A DNA stretch of 64,000 nucleotides from Maricaulis sp. (GCA_965657935.1 CBFHQE010000001.1:17853-81852), one strand, 5' to 3'; counted from the stretch's first letter, positions 36,344-46,590 are shown. Notes: generated from the sequence alone by a model not told the origin. Made by a program: numbers and translations.

Positions 36344-36883
36344 ATGTCGCTTCGCCTGTTCGCCGCCCTTCCCATCGAGCCGGATACCGCCCGTGAGCTG
36401 AAACGCCTGCACAAGGGTGTGCCGGGCGCCCGCTGGCGGCCACTGGAAAACTTCCACATCACCCTGCGCTTCTTCGGCGATGTCGATGAACGTCAGCTCG
36501 AAGACCTGGATGCAGAGCTGTCTGCCATCATACTTCCGCAATTTGCTTTCGAACTCGGCGCGGCGAACTGGTTCGGCAAGTCAGATCCGCACACATTGTG
36601 GATGCGTGTCGAGGGCGGTGAAACGCTGATGGACCTCAACGCCGCCTGCGAACGAGCGGCCCGCCGCTCCGGTTTGAAAGCGGAGACACGCCACTTCAAG
36701 CCCCATGTGACGATGGCCTATCTGCACAACACGTCCGTTGATCGCCTTCGCAGCTTCGTCGACCGCACGCTGGACTATCGCTCGGGCCCGCTGATGGCGC
36801 AGTATTTTTCGCTCTATAAAAGTTATCCTCGCAAGGGCGAAACCAACATCTATGAACCCATCGCCGATTATCCGCTCGGCTAA
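36344..36883 (+). CDS. thpR: RNA 2',3'-cyclic phosphodiesterase (2H phosphoesterase, ThpR/LigT)
   Basis: Two HxT/S motifs in the correct spacing: HITLRF and HVTMAY. Confidence 0.85.
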   Translation: MSLRLFAALPIEPDTARELKRLHKGVPGARWRPLENFHITLRFFGDVDERQLEDLDAELSAIILPQFAFELGAANWFGKSDPHTLWMRVEGGETLMDLNAACERAARRSGLKAETRHFKPHVTMAYLHNTSVDRLRSFVDRTLDYRSGPLMAQYFSLYKSYPRKGETNIYEPIADYPLG

Positions 36884-36963
36884 ACCGAGCAATTTCGGTC
36901 ATAGATACCGGTTCTCTTTTATCGTGTTCTGCTTGTGGATGTGCAGCAGAAAGACTGTTCTTG

Positions 36964-37911
36964 ATGAAATTGACCGCCGGAAAGCTGATTGCGCGAGTTT
37001 TTGCGACCTCGCTGGCCCTGAGCTACGCCATTGCCCCCTTGGCCGCGGCCCATACCCTTGCCCAGGATGAGAGCGCGCAGGCCCGCACCGTGATGGACAT
37101 TGCCTATTATGACGGCGCAGGTTTCGATGATCGCAGACACCGGCTCAATCTTGTCTTGCTGGCCGCGGGCACGCCCCGCGCAACGGTCCTGTGGATCCAT
37201 GGTGGCGCCTGGGCAGCTGGCGACAGATCGCGAGAGATGACTCTCGCTCAGGGCCTGGCGGACCAGGGCATTGCCGTGGCTGTCATGTCCTATCGCCTGT
37301 CCCCGGGACGCTGGATGTCAGAGCGCCTGCCGGACGAAGGCATCCAGCACCCCGAACATATCCGCGATGTCGCCCGCGCCTTTGCATGGCTGTGGAACAA
37401 TGGCGCAGACCATGGTCTCGACCGCAATTCCCTCTTCGTCTCCGGCTATTCGGCAGGCGGACACCTCTCGGCCCTGCTGGCCATGGATGAAAGCTATCTG
37501 GCCGAACAGGGTCTGGACGGAGACACCGTACGCGGCGCCATTCCGGTCGCAGGCGCCTATGACATCGAAAACTATTACGAGCTGATCCTGGATGGGTTGG
37601 GCGAAGATGTGGCTGTCGGGCATGTGCTGGGCGTTTTCGGATCGCGCGAAGGACACGCAGCTGCCTCTCCGGCCTCCTATCTGGACGGATATGACACACC
37701 GACCCTCATCATCTCGGAAGGTGAAAGCGCGATCTACACGCAGCACTTCGAAGCCATTGTCGAGGAACACCCCTCCAACGAGGTGATCGACTTCGTCTAC
37801 TTCTCCGAGGAGACGCACAACTCGCTGTTCTTCCAGCTTGCCGATGCGGAAGCCCCCAGCGCCGCCCGTGATGCCATGGTTTCCTTCATTGATCAGACCT
37901 TGAGAAACTGA
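36964..37911 (+). CDS. secreted alpha/beta hydrolase (esterase/lipase-like)
   Basis: Signal MKLTAGKLIARVFATSLALSYAIAPLAAA, oxyanion region LWIHGGAW, and nucleophile elbow GYSAGG. Confidence 0.8.
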   Translation: MKLTAGKLIARVFATSLALSYAIAPLAAAHTLAQDESAQARTVMDIAYYDGAGFDDRRHRLNLVLLAAGTPRATVLWIHGGAWAAGDRSREMTLAQGLADQGIAVAVMSYRLSPGRWMSERLPDEGIQHPEHIRDVARAFAWLWNNGADHGLDRNSLFVSGYSAGGHLSALLAMDESYLAEQGLDGDTVRGAIPVAGAYDIENYYELILDGLGEDVAVGHVLGVFGSREGHAAASPASYLDGYDTPTLIISEGESAIYTQHFEAIVEEHPSNEVIDFVYFSEETHNSLFFQLADAEAPSAARDAMVSFIDQTLRN

Positions 37912-37920
37912 TCGGTGATC

Positions 37921-37976
37921 TCGCCGCTGCCTGTCTGTGACGGAAAGTGAGCACGTCGAACAGACGGCAGCGGCGA
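37921..37976. terminator. long hairpin between convergent genes (terminator-like, no U-tract)
   Basis: TCGCCGCTGCC(T)GTCTG ... CAGACGGCAGCGGCGA forms 16 bp with one bulged T and a 23-nt loop, starting 10 nt after the hydrolase stop. Confidence 0.5.
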
Positions 37977-38212
37977 ATTCCTTCTCAACCCAGATCGTGG
38001 CGCCGGCACACCGGCCTCACGGCGATCGATCCGGTCAACCTGCCGCACTGTTCCCGGATTGATCTCTCCCGCCTGACGTTGGCGAGGACCAATGCCTCAG
38101 TCGCGCCGAGCTTGCCCTGAGACACCCCTCGATGACTTTGGGCGACGATACCGGCCTTTCCTCTCACCCGAGAGAGGAGGGCCGGCACCGCTTTTCGTTG
38201 TTCGGGCTGAAA

Positions 38213-39043
38213 TCAGTGAGCGCGACTGCGGGCGCGCAGATAGTCCGCCGGCGTCTGGCCGATATGACGGCGGAATGCACGAGCAAAACTCGAACGATCA
38301 GCATATCCCAGGCGATCGGCTACATTTTCGAGCGGCTCAGAGGCAAGGCTCGCGGTCTCCATTGCCGCGAGCAGCCGCGCACAGGTCCAGAAGCGCTTGG
38401 GAGACGTGCCGTATGCCGTCTTGAAACTGCGTATGAAGTGGAATTTTGACATCCCGGTTGCGCGGCAGAGCTGGTCGATATCCAGCGTGTCATCCATGTG
38501 GTCTTCAAGAAAGGCGCGCGCCAGCTCCAGCCGCGAGAGCAGGGCGGATCGCGCCAGCTCCCGCTCCAGGCCGAGGCGCAGGAAATGACCTGACATCTCA
38601 CGCGCGACAGCCACGCCCTGGCCTTGAAGAACATCCAGCTCTTCGTGGCAGGTACGGCCGGATAACTGGTTCCGGTCCGCTCGGTCGAACAAGTTCCGCG
38701 CCGTCTGCATGTAGGCAATCGGTGCGCGGGTGCGCACATAAGGTGCGCTTAACGCTCGCGACCTGTCCGCATCAACATAAAGACAAAGGCCCTGCGTCGG
38801 GCGCGCCGCATCCACATCGCAGCGCAGCTCCATATCCGGGCGCACGAGCAGCATTTAACCCGCTTCAACCGCAATCAGCTGGTCGCGATGACGGTAGAGC
38901 TCACGCCCCTGCAGTACGAGCTTGATGGATCCGAGGCTGGAGGCAAGCTTCATCCCACCGCTCGATAACCGTGAAAACACGGCTGCCGGTGAATTTCGCC
39001 GGGCCGTCTTGCCGGTCGGCTCGCTGATGCGCATGATCTCCAT
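38213..39043 (-). pseudogene. AraC family transcriptional regulator interrupted by an in-frame TAA (complement of 38855-38857)
   Basis: Track ORFs 38855..39043 and 38213..38854 are contiguous in one frame: ...IKLVLQGRELYRHRDQLIAVEAG*MLLVRPDMEL... The C-terminal part carries the AraC double HTH (FIRSFKTAYGTSPKRF...GYADRSSFARAFRRHIGQTP). Confidence 0.6.
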
Positions 39044-39090
39044 ACAGTCTGTCTAGAAAGCAAGACGGTGCGGGTCATCTTAAATCGCTG

Positions 39091-39561
39091 TCAGATCATG
39101 TCCGGGCGCTCTGACAAGGCGTCGATGAGCGCATTGACGCCGGTTTCGATCTCGTCCGCGACCAATGCGAAGGCGGTGTCGTCGTCATAATATGGGTCGG
39201 CCACACTGTCATGGTCCATCGAGGCCCAATCCAGAAGCAGCGTGTTTTTGGAGGTCGCCCCGGCGGGTTGGTGTCGGGTCAGAAACTCCAGATGGCTGCG
39301 GTCAAGCGCCACGATATGGTTGAAATCGAAATAATCCGATAGCTCCAGCTGGCGAGCCCGCAGATCGCCGATCGAATATCCGCGCTGCGCCGCGACCGCC
39401 ATGGCACGAGGATCCGGGGTCTCGCCAACATGCCAGTCGCCGGTGCCGGCAGAGTCAATCGACCAGTCCAGCCCCAGCGTCTTGATACGATGCCTTGCAA
39501 AACCGTCCGCCAACGGAGAGCGACAGATATTCCCGGTGCACAGAAACAGAATACGGATCAT
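39091..39561 (-). CDS. low-molecular-weight protein-tyrosine phosphatase
   Basis: P-loop LCTGNICRSP at the N-terminus, with ...SAGTGDWHVGETPDPRA carrying the DP acid loop. 156 aa. Confidence 0.9.
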   Translation of the reverse strand: MIRILFLCTGNICRSPLADGFARHRIKTLGLDWSIDSAGTGDWHVGETPDPRAMAVAAQRGYSIGDLRARQLELSDYFDFNHIVALDRSHLEFLTRHQPAGATSKNTLLLDWASMDHDSVADPYYDDDTAFALVADEIETGVNALIDALSERPDMI

Positions 39562-39573
39562 GTCGTGTGGCGC

Positions 39574-40725
39574 TCAAACGTCTTCGTGATCTTCTGGCTT
39601 GGGTTCACGCTGGACCTGCAGGCAGAGCACGGCACGTGTACCCCCTGACATATTCCGCTCGATCCTGAGATGCCCTTCCATGAGCTGGGCAATGCGCCAA
39701 CAGATCGCCAGGCCCACCCCGACCTCGGCCTCATTGATCGGGCGTTCGCGGTCCGACAGGAGCTCGAGCAATTCGTCATCCAGCCCCACACCCGTATCAT
39801 CCACCACAAATTCCAGCCACAGGCGTTCGGATCCGGTAGAGCGAACTGTTGTATCGATCTTCACTGAGCCGGAGGGCGTGTATTTGATTGCGTTGGAAAC
39901 GATATTGGTCAGGGCCTGCTTCACCAGCATATGATCGCTGATCACCGCTCGGTCCGCATTGTCACCACATGTCGCCTCGAACCGCAGCCCCTTCTTGGTC
40001 GCAAACGGCGTGAAAAGAGCCTGGACGCTGGTCGCCAGATCACAGGGGTTGAACGCGACGGTTCGCAATTCTGTCTGACCGCTCTGAAGGCGAGCCAGAT
40101 CGAGCACGTCGCTGATGCGCGTCAACATGGCCTGGGCGGATTGCTCGAGCGTCGACAGCAATTTGCCCTGTTCCTCTGTCAGTTCGGTATTCGCGAGCAG
40201 GTTTCCCAGACCAACGATGCCGTTGAGCGGGGTGCGCAATTCATGACTGATGGCGACAAGGAATTCAGTCTTGGACTTCGCAGCCTCACGCTGGACTTGC
40301 TCTGCAGCAACAAGCTGGCCGCCCGCTTCCCGGTTGCTACCAAGCTCGGAGGCCATTTCTGCAGCTTCGCGGCGCATGTCGCTGAAGGATCTCCCGAACC
40401 GCGCCATCAAGCGCAGGAAGCCTACGACCAGGAGAGTGGTCGCGGCCACGTCCGTGAACAGACGCAGGTCCGAATGCATAAACCGGGAAAAGGCCGCAAT
40501 AGCCTCGGGCGAGGAGAAGGCCGGCCCAATAAGCAACCAGAAGAAATCTATCGCGTGAAAAACGGTCCATACGCCCAGCCCCGCGCAGAGAAGACTAATC
40601 TCCAGGGAGATGTGTGCAATCCGGGAATTTTGCGCATAACGGCCCAGCGAGACAATCGCGATGATTGTCACTGCAATATAAAACAAATCTAGGACGCTCG
40701 TTATGAGCACCGAGTCCAAGATCAT
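39574..40725 (-). CDS. membrane sensor histidine kinase (no adjacent response regulator)
   Basis: N-terminal TM region, H-box ISHELRTPLNGI, N-box NAIKYT, G-boxes DDTGVGL and GVGLAI. It ends 12 nt before the LMW-PTP gene. Confidence 0.85.
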   Translation of the reverse strand: MILDSVLITSVLDLFYIAVTIIAIVSLGRYAQNSRIAHISLEISLLCAGLGVWTVFHAIDFFWLLIGPAFSSPEAIAAFSRFMHSDLRLFTDVAATTLLVVGFLRLMARFGRSFSDMRREAAEMASELGSNREAGGQLVAAEQVQREAAKSKTEFLVAISHELRTPLNGIVGLGNLLANTELTEEQGKLLSTLEQSAQAMLTRISDVLDLARLQSGQTELRTVAFNPCDLATSVQALFTPFATKKGLRFEATCGDNADRAVISDHMLVKQALTNIVSNAIKYTPSGSVKIDTTVRSTGSERLWLEFVVDDTGVGLDDELLELLSDRERPINEAEVGVGLAICWRIAQLMEGHLRIERNMSGGTRAVLCLQVQREPKPEDHEDV

Positions 40726-40937
40726 CGCCTACCCTTTTGGGTGCCCCCGATGGCCCTTGCACACTGACCATGCAGCGTAAACATGGGCTTAATCAGTCCA
40801 GGCATCCCGGATCAGGTTTGCGAGCAAAACTCCCGAAGTAAAGCATTGTTCCGCCGGATGAATTTTTCATAACTGATGGAAAATCAGGTCATCCGGCGTG
40901 TCGGCAGATCGAGGGTTGATCCTATAACGCCAATATT

Positions 40938-42170
40938 TCAGCTGTTTACCCCGAGTTTGCGCTTTCTGCGTGCAAGCAGTTGCAGACGCAGCGCGTTGAG
41001 GCGAATGAAGCCTTCAGCATCCTTCTGGTCATAAACATCATCTTCCTCAAAAGTGACGTGTTCGAGGGAGTAAAGGGAGTTTTCCGAGCTGCGGCCAACC
41101 ACATCGGCACGGCCCTTGAAGAGTTTCAGGCGAACATCACCATCAACAAATTCCTGGCTCGCATCGATTGCGGCTTGCAGCATTTCGCGCTCGGGTGAGA
41201 ACCAGAAACCTTCGTAGAGAAGTTTGGCATAACGCGGCATCAGCTCGTCTTTCAGGTGCGCCGCGCCCCGATCCATGGTGATTTGCTCGATGCCGCGATG
41301 CGCCGCCATCAAAATCGTCCCACCGGGCGTCTCATAGATTCCGCGCGACTTCATGCCCACAAAACGGTTCTCAACCAGATCCAGGCGACCAATGCCATGG
41401 ACGCGACCCAGCTCGTTCAGACGCGTCAGGATCGTAGCCGGCGATAGCGCTTCACCATTCAGGGCAACGGCGTCACCGCGCTTGAAGCCGATGGTCACAT
41501 ACTCCGCTTCGTCGGGCGCTTCTTCAGGTCGGCCTGTACGCTGATAGACGATCTCGAAGGCTTCCTCGGCCGGGTCCTCCAGCATCTTGCCCTCCGAAGA
41601 CGTGTGCCAGAGATTGGCATCGACAGAGAAAGGGGCCTCGCCGCGCTTGTCGGTCGGAACGTCAATACCGTTGGCTTCGGCATATTCGATCAGCTTGGTG
41701 CGCGAGGTCAGATCCCATTCACGCCAGGGCGCGATAACCTTGAGATCCGGGTCCAGCGCATAGACACCCAGCTCGAAACGGACCTGATCATTGCCCTTGC
41801 CGGTCGCTCCGTGGGCGACGGCGTCTGCTCCGGTTGCATGGGCGATATCGACCAGGCGTTTTGAGATGAGCGGACGGGCGATCGAGGTCCCGAGCAGATA
41901 GAGGCCTTCATAAACCGCATTCGCCCGCACCATCGGATAGACATAATCGCGGACGAATTCCTCGCGGAGGTCCTCGATATAGATATCGGACACACCTGCG
42001 GCTTCGGCTTTCTGGCGGGCCGGCTCCAATTCCTCACCCTGGCCGAGATCGGCGGTGAAGGTGACGACTTCAGCGTCATATTTATCCTGAAGCCATTTCA
42101 GGATGACCGAAGTATCCAGGCCACCGGAATAGGCAAGAACGACTTTCTTGATCGGGCGCGAAGCGGACAT
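40938..42170 (-). CDS. argG: argininosuccinate synthase
   Basis: [12 protein letters not shown]-binding motif and ...[13 protein letters not shown]... 410 aa, type I ArgG. Confidence 0.97.
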   Translation of the reverse strand: MSASRPIKKVVLAYSGGLDTSVILKWLQDKYDAEVVTFTADLGQGEELEPARQKAEAAGVSDIYIEDLREEFVRDYVYPMVRANAVYEGLYLLGTSIARPLISKRLVDIAHATGADAVAHGATGKGNDQVRFELGVYALDPDLKVIAPWREWDLTSRTKLIEYAEANGIDVPTDKRGEAPFSVDANLWHTSSEGKMLEDPAEEAFEIVYQRTGRPEEAPDEAEYVTIGFKRGDAVALNGEALSPATILTRLNELGRVHGIGRLDLVENRFVGMKSRGIYETPGGTILMAAHRGIEQITMDRGAAHLKDELMPRYAKLLYEGFWFSPEREMLQAAIDASQEFVDGDVRLKLFKGRADVVGRSSENSLYSLEHVTFEEDDVYDQKDAEGFIRLNALRLQLLARRKRKLGVNS

Positions 42171-42257
42171 GGGCGTTTCCTCAGCTGATGTCCCACTCGC
42201 TAACGCTGTCTTGCTGTTACCGCAAGCATGCCCGCAAAGAATCTGCAGGCAAACCCG

Positions 42258-42956
42258 CTATTCAACAGGATTGCTCGACGAATGTGTCTCTCGCGCCGGA
42301 TCGGTTTTCCAGACCCGATAGGAATAGACAATGCCAAAGGCTGCAGGTCCGATTGCCCCCACCATCAGGATGAGAAATGCAAATTTCACGGGCAGAAGCA
42401 CAACTGCCGCCAGCATGATCAGGCCGCCAATCACCATGAGGCGCCCTGTGACCCTGTGCGTCTTGTCCCAGGACAGATCAGAGGACAGCGTCCATGGTGT
42501 TCGAATACCGAAAAACCAATTGGGACGAGCCTTTCCAAGCATGTTCCCAATCGCGATCAAGAGAATGCTGACACCCCCTGACACAAGTTGTGGCATGACA
42601 TCGGCGCCACCATTGGCCAGCTTGCCTGTCGCGGCCAGCACGACGGCCACATGCACAGCGGTAACCAGGGCCAGAACGCCAACCCAGCTCACCAGATAGG
42701 CTGGCGAAGAACGGCGCAGATTATTTCCGCGCGGATCGATCATCGGCAGAACGGCCATCAACACCACCATGCCGGTGATGAGGAGCGGCATCAAAAACAA
42801 CGCCTCGAAAGGCGAACCGTAACGATCCGGTTGCCCGTCGAGGCCCCAGTGCAGAGGCAGCTCGGCGCCCGGCTCGACATTCACCCAGCCATAGGCCGAC
42901 ATGGCCCAGATGACGAGGAGGAATGGAGCCGATAGAAACAGGCCTTTGCGGATCAT
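42258..42956 (-). CDS. SdpI/DUF1648 family membrane protein
   Basis: LPLHWGLDGQPDRYG (DUF1648) and GNMLGKARPNWFFGIRTPWTLSSDLSWDKTHR (SdpI motif). It overlaps the upstream ArsR-type gene by 4 nt. Confidence 0.75.
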   Translation of the reverse strand: MIRKGLFLSAPFLLVIWAMSAYGWVNVEPGAELPLHWGLDGQPDRYGSPFEALFLMPLLITGMVVLMAVLPMIDPRGNNLRRSSPAYLVSWVGVLALVTAVHVAVVLAATGKLANGGADVMPQLVSGGVSILLIAIGNMLGKARPNWFFGIRTPWTLSSDLSWDKTHRVTGRLMVIGGLIMLAAVVLLPVKFAFLILMVGAIGPAAFGIVYSYRVWKTDPARETHSSSNPVE

Positions 42957-43243
42957 TCGTTTTCTCCCTCTTGCTTCAAGGCCCCGTCCTTGCCGACCAG
43001 TTCCATCAGCCAGCCAATTGCCTCGTCAGCAACACTGACATTAAGGCGGTAGCGAATGGTGGTTCCGTGGCGTTCCGCCAGGATCAGCCCCGCTTCTTTC
43101 AGAATATTGAAGTGGCCGGACATGGTCGGTTTGGACACCGGAAAACGCTCGGCGAGCTCGCCGGCCGCACAGGGCCCATCCCTTAAATCCTTGAGAACCT
43201 GGCGCCGAACCGGGTGGGCCAGCGCCTTGAATACATCAGACAT
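42953..43243 (-). CDS. ArsR/SdpR family transcriptional repressor
   Basis: FKALAHPVRRQVLKDLRDGPCAAGELAERFPVSKPTMSGHFNILKEAGLI is a winged-HTH ArsR signature. Confidence 0.85.
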   Translation of the reverse strand: MSDVFKALAHPVRRQVLKDLRDGPCAAGELAERFPVSKPTMSGHFNILKEAGLILAERHGTTIRYRLNVSVADEAIGWLMELVGKDGALKQEGENE

Positions 43244-43325
43244 GAATCGCTTCTAGCAAAAAATTCGCCTATTGCCTAATTTGGTGTTTGCCTAAATATT
43301 ATTGATCAGCAATCAGGAGGTGGTC

Positions 43326-43391
43326 GTGACAATTTTCCCTGTATCGGCCATGGCCGCAATACTGTTGGTGTCGTCCAGGACGTGGTCATGA
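43326..43391 (+). CDS. possible 21-codon hydrophobic leader ORF
   Basis: GTG 43326 lies 5 nt after a strong AGGAGG. It encodes VTIFPVSAMAAILLVSSRTWS. Its TGA (43389-43391) overlaps the ATG (43388) of the next ORF as ATGA. Too short to validate from sequence alone. Confidence 0.25.
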   Translation: MTIFPVSAMAAILLVSSRTWS

Positions 43392-43792
43392 CGGCCATGC
43401 GTGAAGCGCCGACCGGTGAAGCAGGACCTGCCATCGAAGCGGGGCTCATCGAGGCGGGCCTTCCCGCTCAAATCGCCCGCCAGCAGGGAATGATCTGGGG
43501 TCGGGCCTACGCCAAGAACGCGCTGGACCTTGATCCTGCACCCTCCCTGCACGCCTATCCGGGTGCCTTTTCGGCACTGTTTGGCGGATCAGACCTCCAG
43601 GTGCTGGCCAATGTCATGCCAGAGCGGGTCATTTCAGCCCGGGGCCCCCGGCCGACGCGGGTCAACACGCTCGCTGGGCACAATCACCTTTTCCAGCTCG
43701 AAGCCCGCGGCCTGCCCACCGGCTACACGACGGCGCCTCACGCCATTTCACCCGCAGCACCGGCCATGATTGTCGAAAAATTACCGGCCTGA
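43388..43792 (+). CDS. hypothetical protein (134 aa)
   Basis: The ORF has genome-typical third-position GC. The opposite-strand ORF 43313..43552 looks like a shadow. No own RBS and no family recognised. Confidence 0.4.
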   Translation: MTAMREAPTGEAGPAIEAGLIEAGLPAQIARQQGMIWGRAYAKNALDLDPAPSLHAYPGAFSALFGGSDLQVLANVMPERVISARGPRPTRVNTLAGHNHLFQLEARGLPTGYTTAPHAISPAAPAMIVEKLPA

Positions 43793-43873
43793 TGGACCAG
43801 TCCTGCCAATAAGAAACTAGACAATCGGGGCGGCGCTCCCCACTTAATCGTGCTTGGAATACGGGAGAGAGAT

Positions 43874-44704
43874 ATGAGCCGCCGCCTTGCCCTTGTTACC
43901 GGAGCCTCCTCCGGGATCGGAAAAGCCCTGGCCCGCGAATATGCCGCCAACGGTTGGGATGTTGCGCTGACGGCGCGTCGCGAAGACAAGCTGCGCGCGC
44001 TTTCCGAAGAACTCGAAAAGCAATTTGGCATTGAAACCTATGTCATTGCTGCGGACCTCGCGGACCCGGCCGGACCTGGTCAGATCATGGATGCGATGAA
44101 TGCCGCTGAACGCGATGTTGATGCGCTGATCAACAATGCCGGTTTTGGCCTTCCGGGCACCTATACCCAAACCGCCTGGAAACAGCAGTCTGACTTTATC
44201 CAGCTGATGTTCACCAGCTATTGTGAACTTGTGCACCGGGTGATGCCGGGCATGCAGGAACGCGGGTTCGGTCGTATTCTCAACGTCGCCTCTGTCGCTG
44301 GCCTGTCCCCGGGCAGCCGCGGGCACACGCTGTATTCCGCAGTGAAGTCAGCGCTGATCAAGTTCAGCCAGTCCCTGCATTTCGAAGGCAAGGAGTTCGG
44401 TATTCACGCTACGGCGCTATGTCCGGGTTTCACCTATTCGGAATTTCACGACGTCAATGGGACGCGGTCAATGGTGTCGCAAATGCCGTCTTTCTGGTGG
44501 CTGAGCGCTGAAGAAGTTGCCGAGGCCGGCTATAACGCCGTGCAGCGCAATGAACCGATTTGTGTGCCAGGACTCTGGTACAAGTTCATGACCGGGCTGA
44601 TGCAGGTTCTACCCACGCATATGGCGATGTGGCTCATGGACCGCAACCAGTCCAAATTCCGGGCGGCTGAAGACACCGCCCAATCGGCTCCGCAGGAAGG
44701 CTGA
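43874..44704 (+). CDS. SDR family oxidoreductase
   Basis: TGASSGIGKA cofactor motif, NNAG, and catalytic YSAVK. ATG 43874 follows GGGAGAGAG. Confidence 0.9.
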   Translation: MSRRLALVTGASSGIGKALAREYAANGWDVALTARREDKLRALSEELEKQFGIETYVIAADLADPAGPGQIMDAMNAAERDVDALINNAGFGLPGTYTQTAWKQQSDFIQLMFTSYCELVHRVMPGMQERGFGRILNVASVAGLSPGSRGHTLYSAVKSALIKFSQSLHFEGKEFGIHATALCPGFTYSEFHDVNGTRSMVSQMPSFWWLSAEEVAEAGYNAVQRNEPICVPGLWYKFMTGLMQVLPTHMAMWLMDRNQSKFRAAEDTAQSAPQEG

Positions 44705-44706
44705 GC

Positions 44707-45333
44707 ATGCTGGCCCTGGACGTTCTGCCACTTTTTCTGGCTGCGGCGATCGCGCTCGCCCTGACCCCGGGGCCCGACATGGCCTTCACCCTGGCGACCA
44801 GTGCGTCACGCGGCAGCAGGGCCGGGCTGGCAGCGGTCGCAGGCATCATCGTGGGCGGAGCAGTCTGGACAATCGCTGCCGCGGCTGGCCTCGCAGCCAT
44901 CGTAGCCGCCTTCGAACACGCGCTCACCGTGATCAAATATGCCGGAGCGGCCTATCTCATCTGGCTGGCCGTCCAAACCGTGCGCAAGATCGACGCCCTG
45001 CCCACTGCAAAAGCCGGCGACAATGCAGCCCGGGCCTTTCGCCAGGGCCTGCTGACCAATCTGCTCAACCCCAAGATTGGTCTGTTTTTTCTGGCGCTTC
45101 TGCCGCAATTCACCAATCCCGACATTGGCCCTGTCTGGATACAGATGCTGACCCTGGGCGGCATTTTCTTTGCCCTGGGGACCATCATCCTGACCGTTGT
45201 CGCCATCCTCGCCGGCAAGGCCCAGGAACGTCTTGTCAGCTCTAAAACCTGGCGCCGCACGCTCAACGGCATCGCCGCCACCGCCTTTGGCGGACTGGGT
45301 TTACGCTTGCTTCTGGATGGCGATCACGGCTAG
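44707..45333 (+). CDS. LysE/RhtB family amino-acid exporter
   Basis: [10 protein letters not shown]-terminal motif and six TM helices, 208 aa. Confidence 0.9.
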   Translation: MLALDVLPLFLAAAIALALTPGPDMAFTLATSASRGSRAGLAAVAGIIVGGAVWTIAAAAGLAAIVAAFEHALTVIKYAGAAYLIWLAVQTVRKIDALPTAKAGDNAARAFRQGLLTNLLNPKIGLFFLALLPQFTNPDIGPVWIQMLTLGGIFFALGTIILTVVAILAGKAQERLVSSKTWRRTLNGIAATAFGGLGLRLLLDGDHG

Positions 45334-45343
45334 AAGCCGGGCC

Positions 45344-46042
45344 ATGCTCAAGATTGATCCGCGCCTGATTGTTGCGCTCGACAAGCCGACTATCCATGCC
45401 GCCCAGACTGTCGTCGACACGCTGGGTGACACTGTCAGTTTCTACAAGATTGGCCTGCAACTCCTGCCCATTGGCGGCATGCAGCTCGCCGCCTCGCTCA
45501 AGGCGGCCGGCAAGCAGGTCTTCCTGGATTACAAACTTCACGACATTCCCGCGACGGTTGAAAAAGCAACGCGCTCCATCACCGGTGCAGGCTGTGATCT
45601 GCTCACTGTGCATGCCGAACCAGCGGTCATGCGCGCTGCCGCGGCCGGCCGCGAGGACAGCGATCTTAAAATCCTCGGCGTCACCGTGATGACTTGTTAC
45701 GACGATGCGATGCTTGCGGAGATGGGCTATGCTCACAAGGCTCGGGACCTCGTCTTCCGCCGCGTGGAACAGGCACTCGAGGCCGGCATTGATGGTGTCG
45801 TCGCCAGCGCCCAGGAAGCGGGCGAGATCCGACAGCGTTTCGGAGGTGATTTCCTGATCGTCACTCCGGGCATCCGCCCCGCTGGTGCTGATGTCGGCGA
45901 CCAGAAACGTGTCGCTACTCCTGCGAGTGCTCTCGCGGATGGTGCCACCCACCTGGTGGTTGGGCGTCCGATCCACGGCGCAGCTGACCCGGCTCAAGCG
46001 GCCCGCGATATTGTTGCAGAGATGTCCGCGCACCCGGCATGA
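45344..46042 (+). CDS. pyrF: orotidine 5'-phosphate decarboxylase
   Basis: LIVALDKP...FYKIGLQL...[13 protein letters not shown] are PyrF active-site motifs. The start is shortened to ATG 45344. Confidence 0.93.
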   Translation: MLKIDPRLIVALDKPTIHAAQTVVDTLGDTVSFYKIGLQLLPIGGMQLAASLKAAGKQVFLDYKLHDIPATVEKATRSITGAGCDLLTVHAEPAVMRAAAAGREDSDLKILGVTVMTCYDDAMLAEMGYAHKARDLVFRRVEQALEAGIDGVVASAQEAGEIRQRFGGDFLIVTPGIRPAGADVGDQKRVATPASALADGATHLVVGRPIHGAADPAQAARDIVAEMSAHPA

Positions 46043-46398
46043 TCACAATCCGGTAAACAGGTCTCCGCGGGTGGGGCAGGAGAGCCGGTCGCTCGACACC
46101 ACCGGTCAGATCACCCAGGAAAAAACTGTCGGACAAGCGGACGGTTTCTCGTTCATCCTTGGTACCTTCTCCAGCTTCAGGAGAGAGGGATAGAACGATC
46201 ATTGTGGCTGCGATCAAATTAACCATATTCGCAGCTTAGCGGGTTTGTCGGGGACGTAAATCGCGCTCACCCGGCAGGCGAGTGGTCTGGCTTTGGCGGG
46301 CGAGACTGGCGGGCATCGAGGTAACGCCGCGCCCTCAGCGCAAGGTCACACCCTTGCGCTCAACGTCATACATGGCCTCAGAACCCGGTTCCGAGACC

Positions 46399-46590
46399 TC
46401 AGAAATCGCTGACAATGCCCTTCCGCTCCCAATCGCCAAAGCGGGTGGGCTCCGGACCCTTCGGGCCGGAAAGCTCCTTGATCATCGGCTTGGACTCTTC
46501 CGCTGCGCGACGCGCCGCTGCTTCCTCGAGCGCGCGACGCGCTGCGGGGCTGAGTTCCTTGCCGGGTGCTGCGTTTTCAGGGACGGACAT
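46399..46590 (-). CDS. DUF1674 (SDHAF4-like) protein (63 aa)
   Basis: The C-terminus ELSGPKGPEPTRFGDWERKGIVSDF is the DUF1674 signature. Start at ATG 46590. Confidence 0.8.
   Translation of the reverse strand: MSVPENAAPGKELSPAARRALEEAAARRAAEESKPMIKELSGPKGPEPTRFGDWERKGIVSDF

Noticed and set aside
43313-43552. 79-aa minus-strand ORF opposite the 134-aa hypothetical gene
   Set aside because: Its translation (…RRFTHGRHDH…) looks like a shadow, and upstream frames on that strand are full of stops. The plus-strand ORF is slightly more credible, though still weak.
45915-46226. 103-aa minus-strand ORF with a signal-like N-terminus in the pyrF-DUF1674 gap
   Set aside because: It has no Shine-Dalgarno sequence. 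It runs 128 nt into the 3' end of pyrF on the opposite strand, and its C-terminal half is R/P/G-rich shadow sequence.
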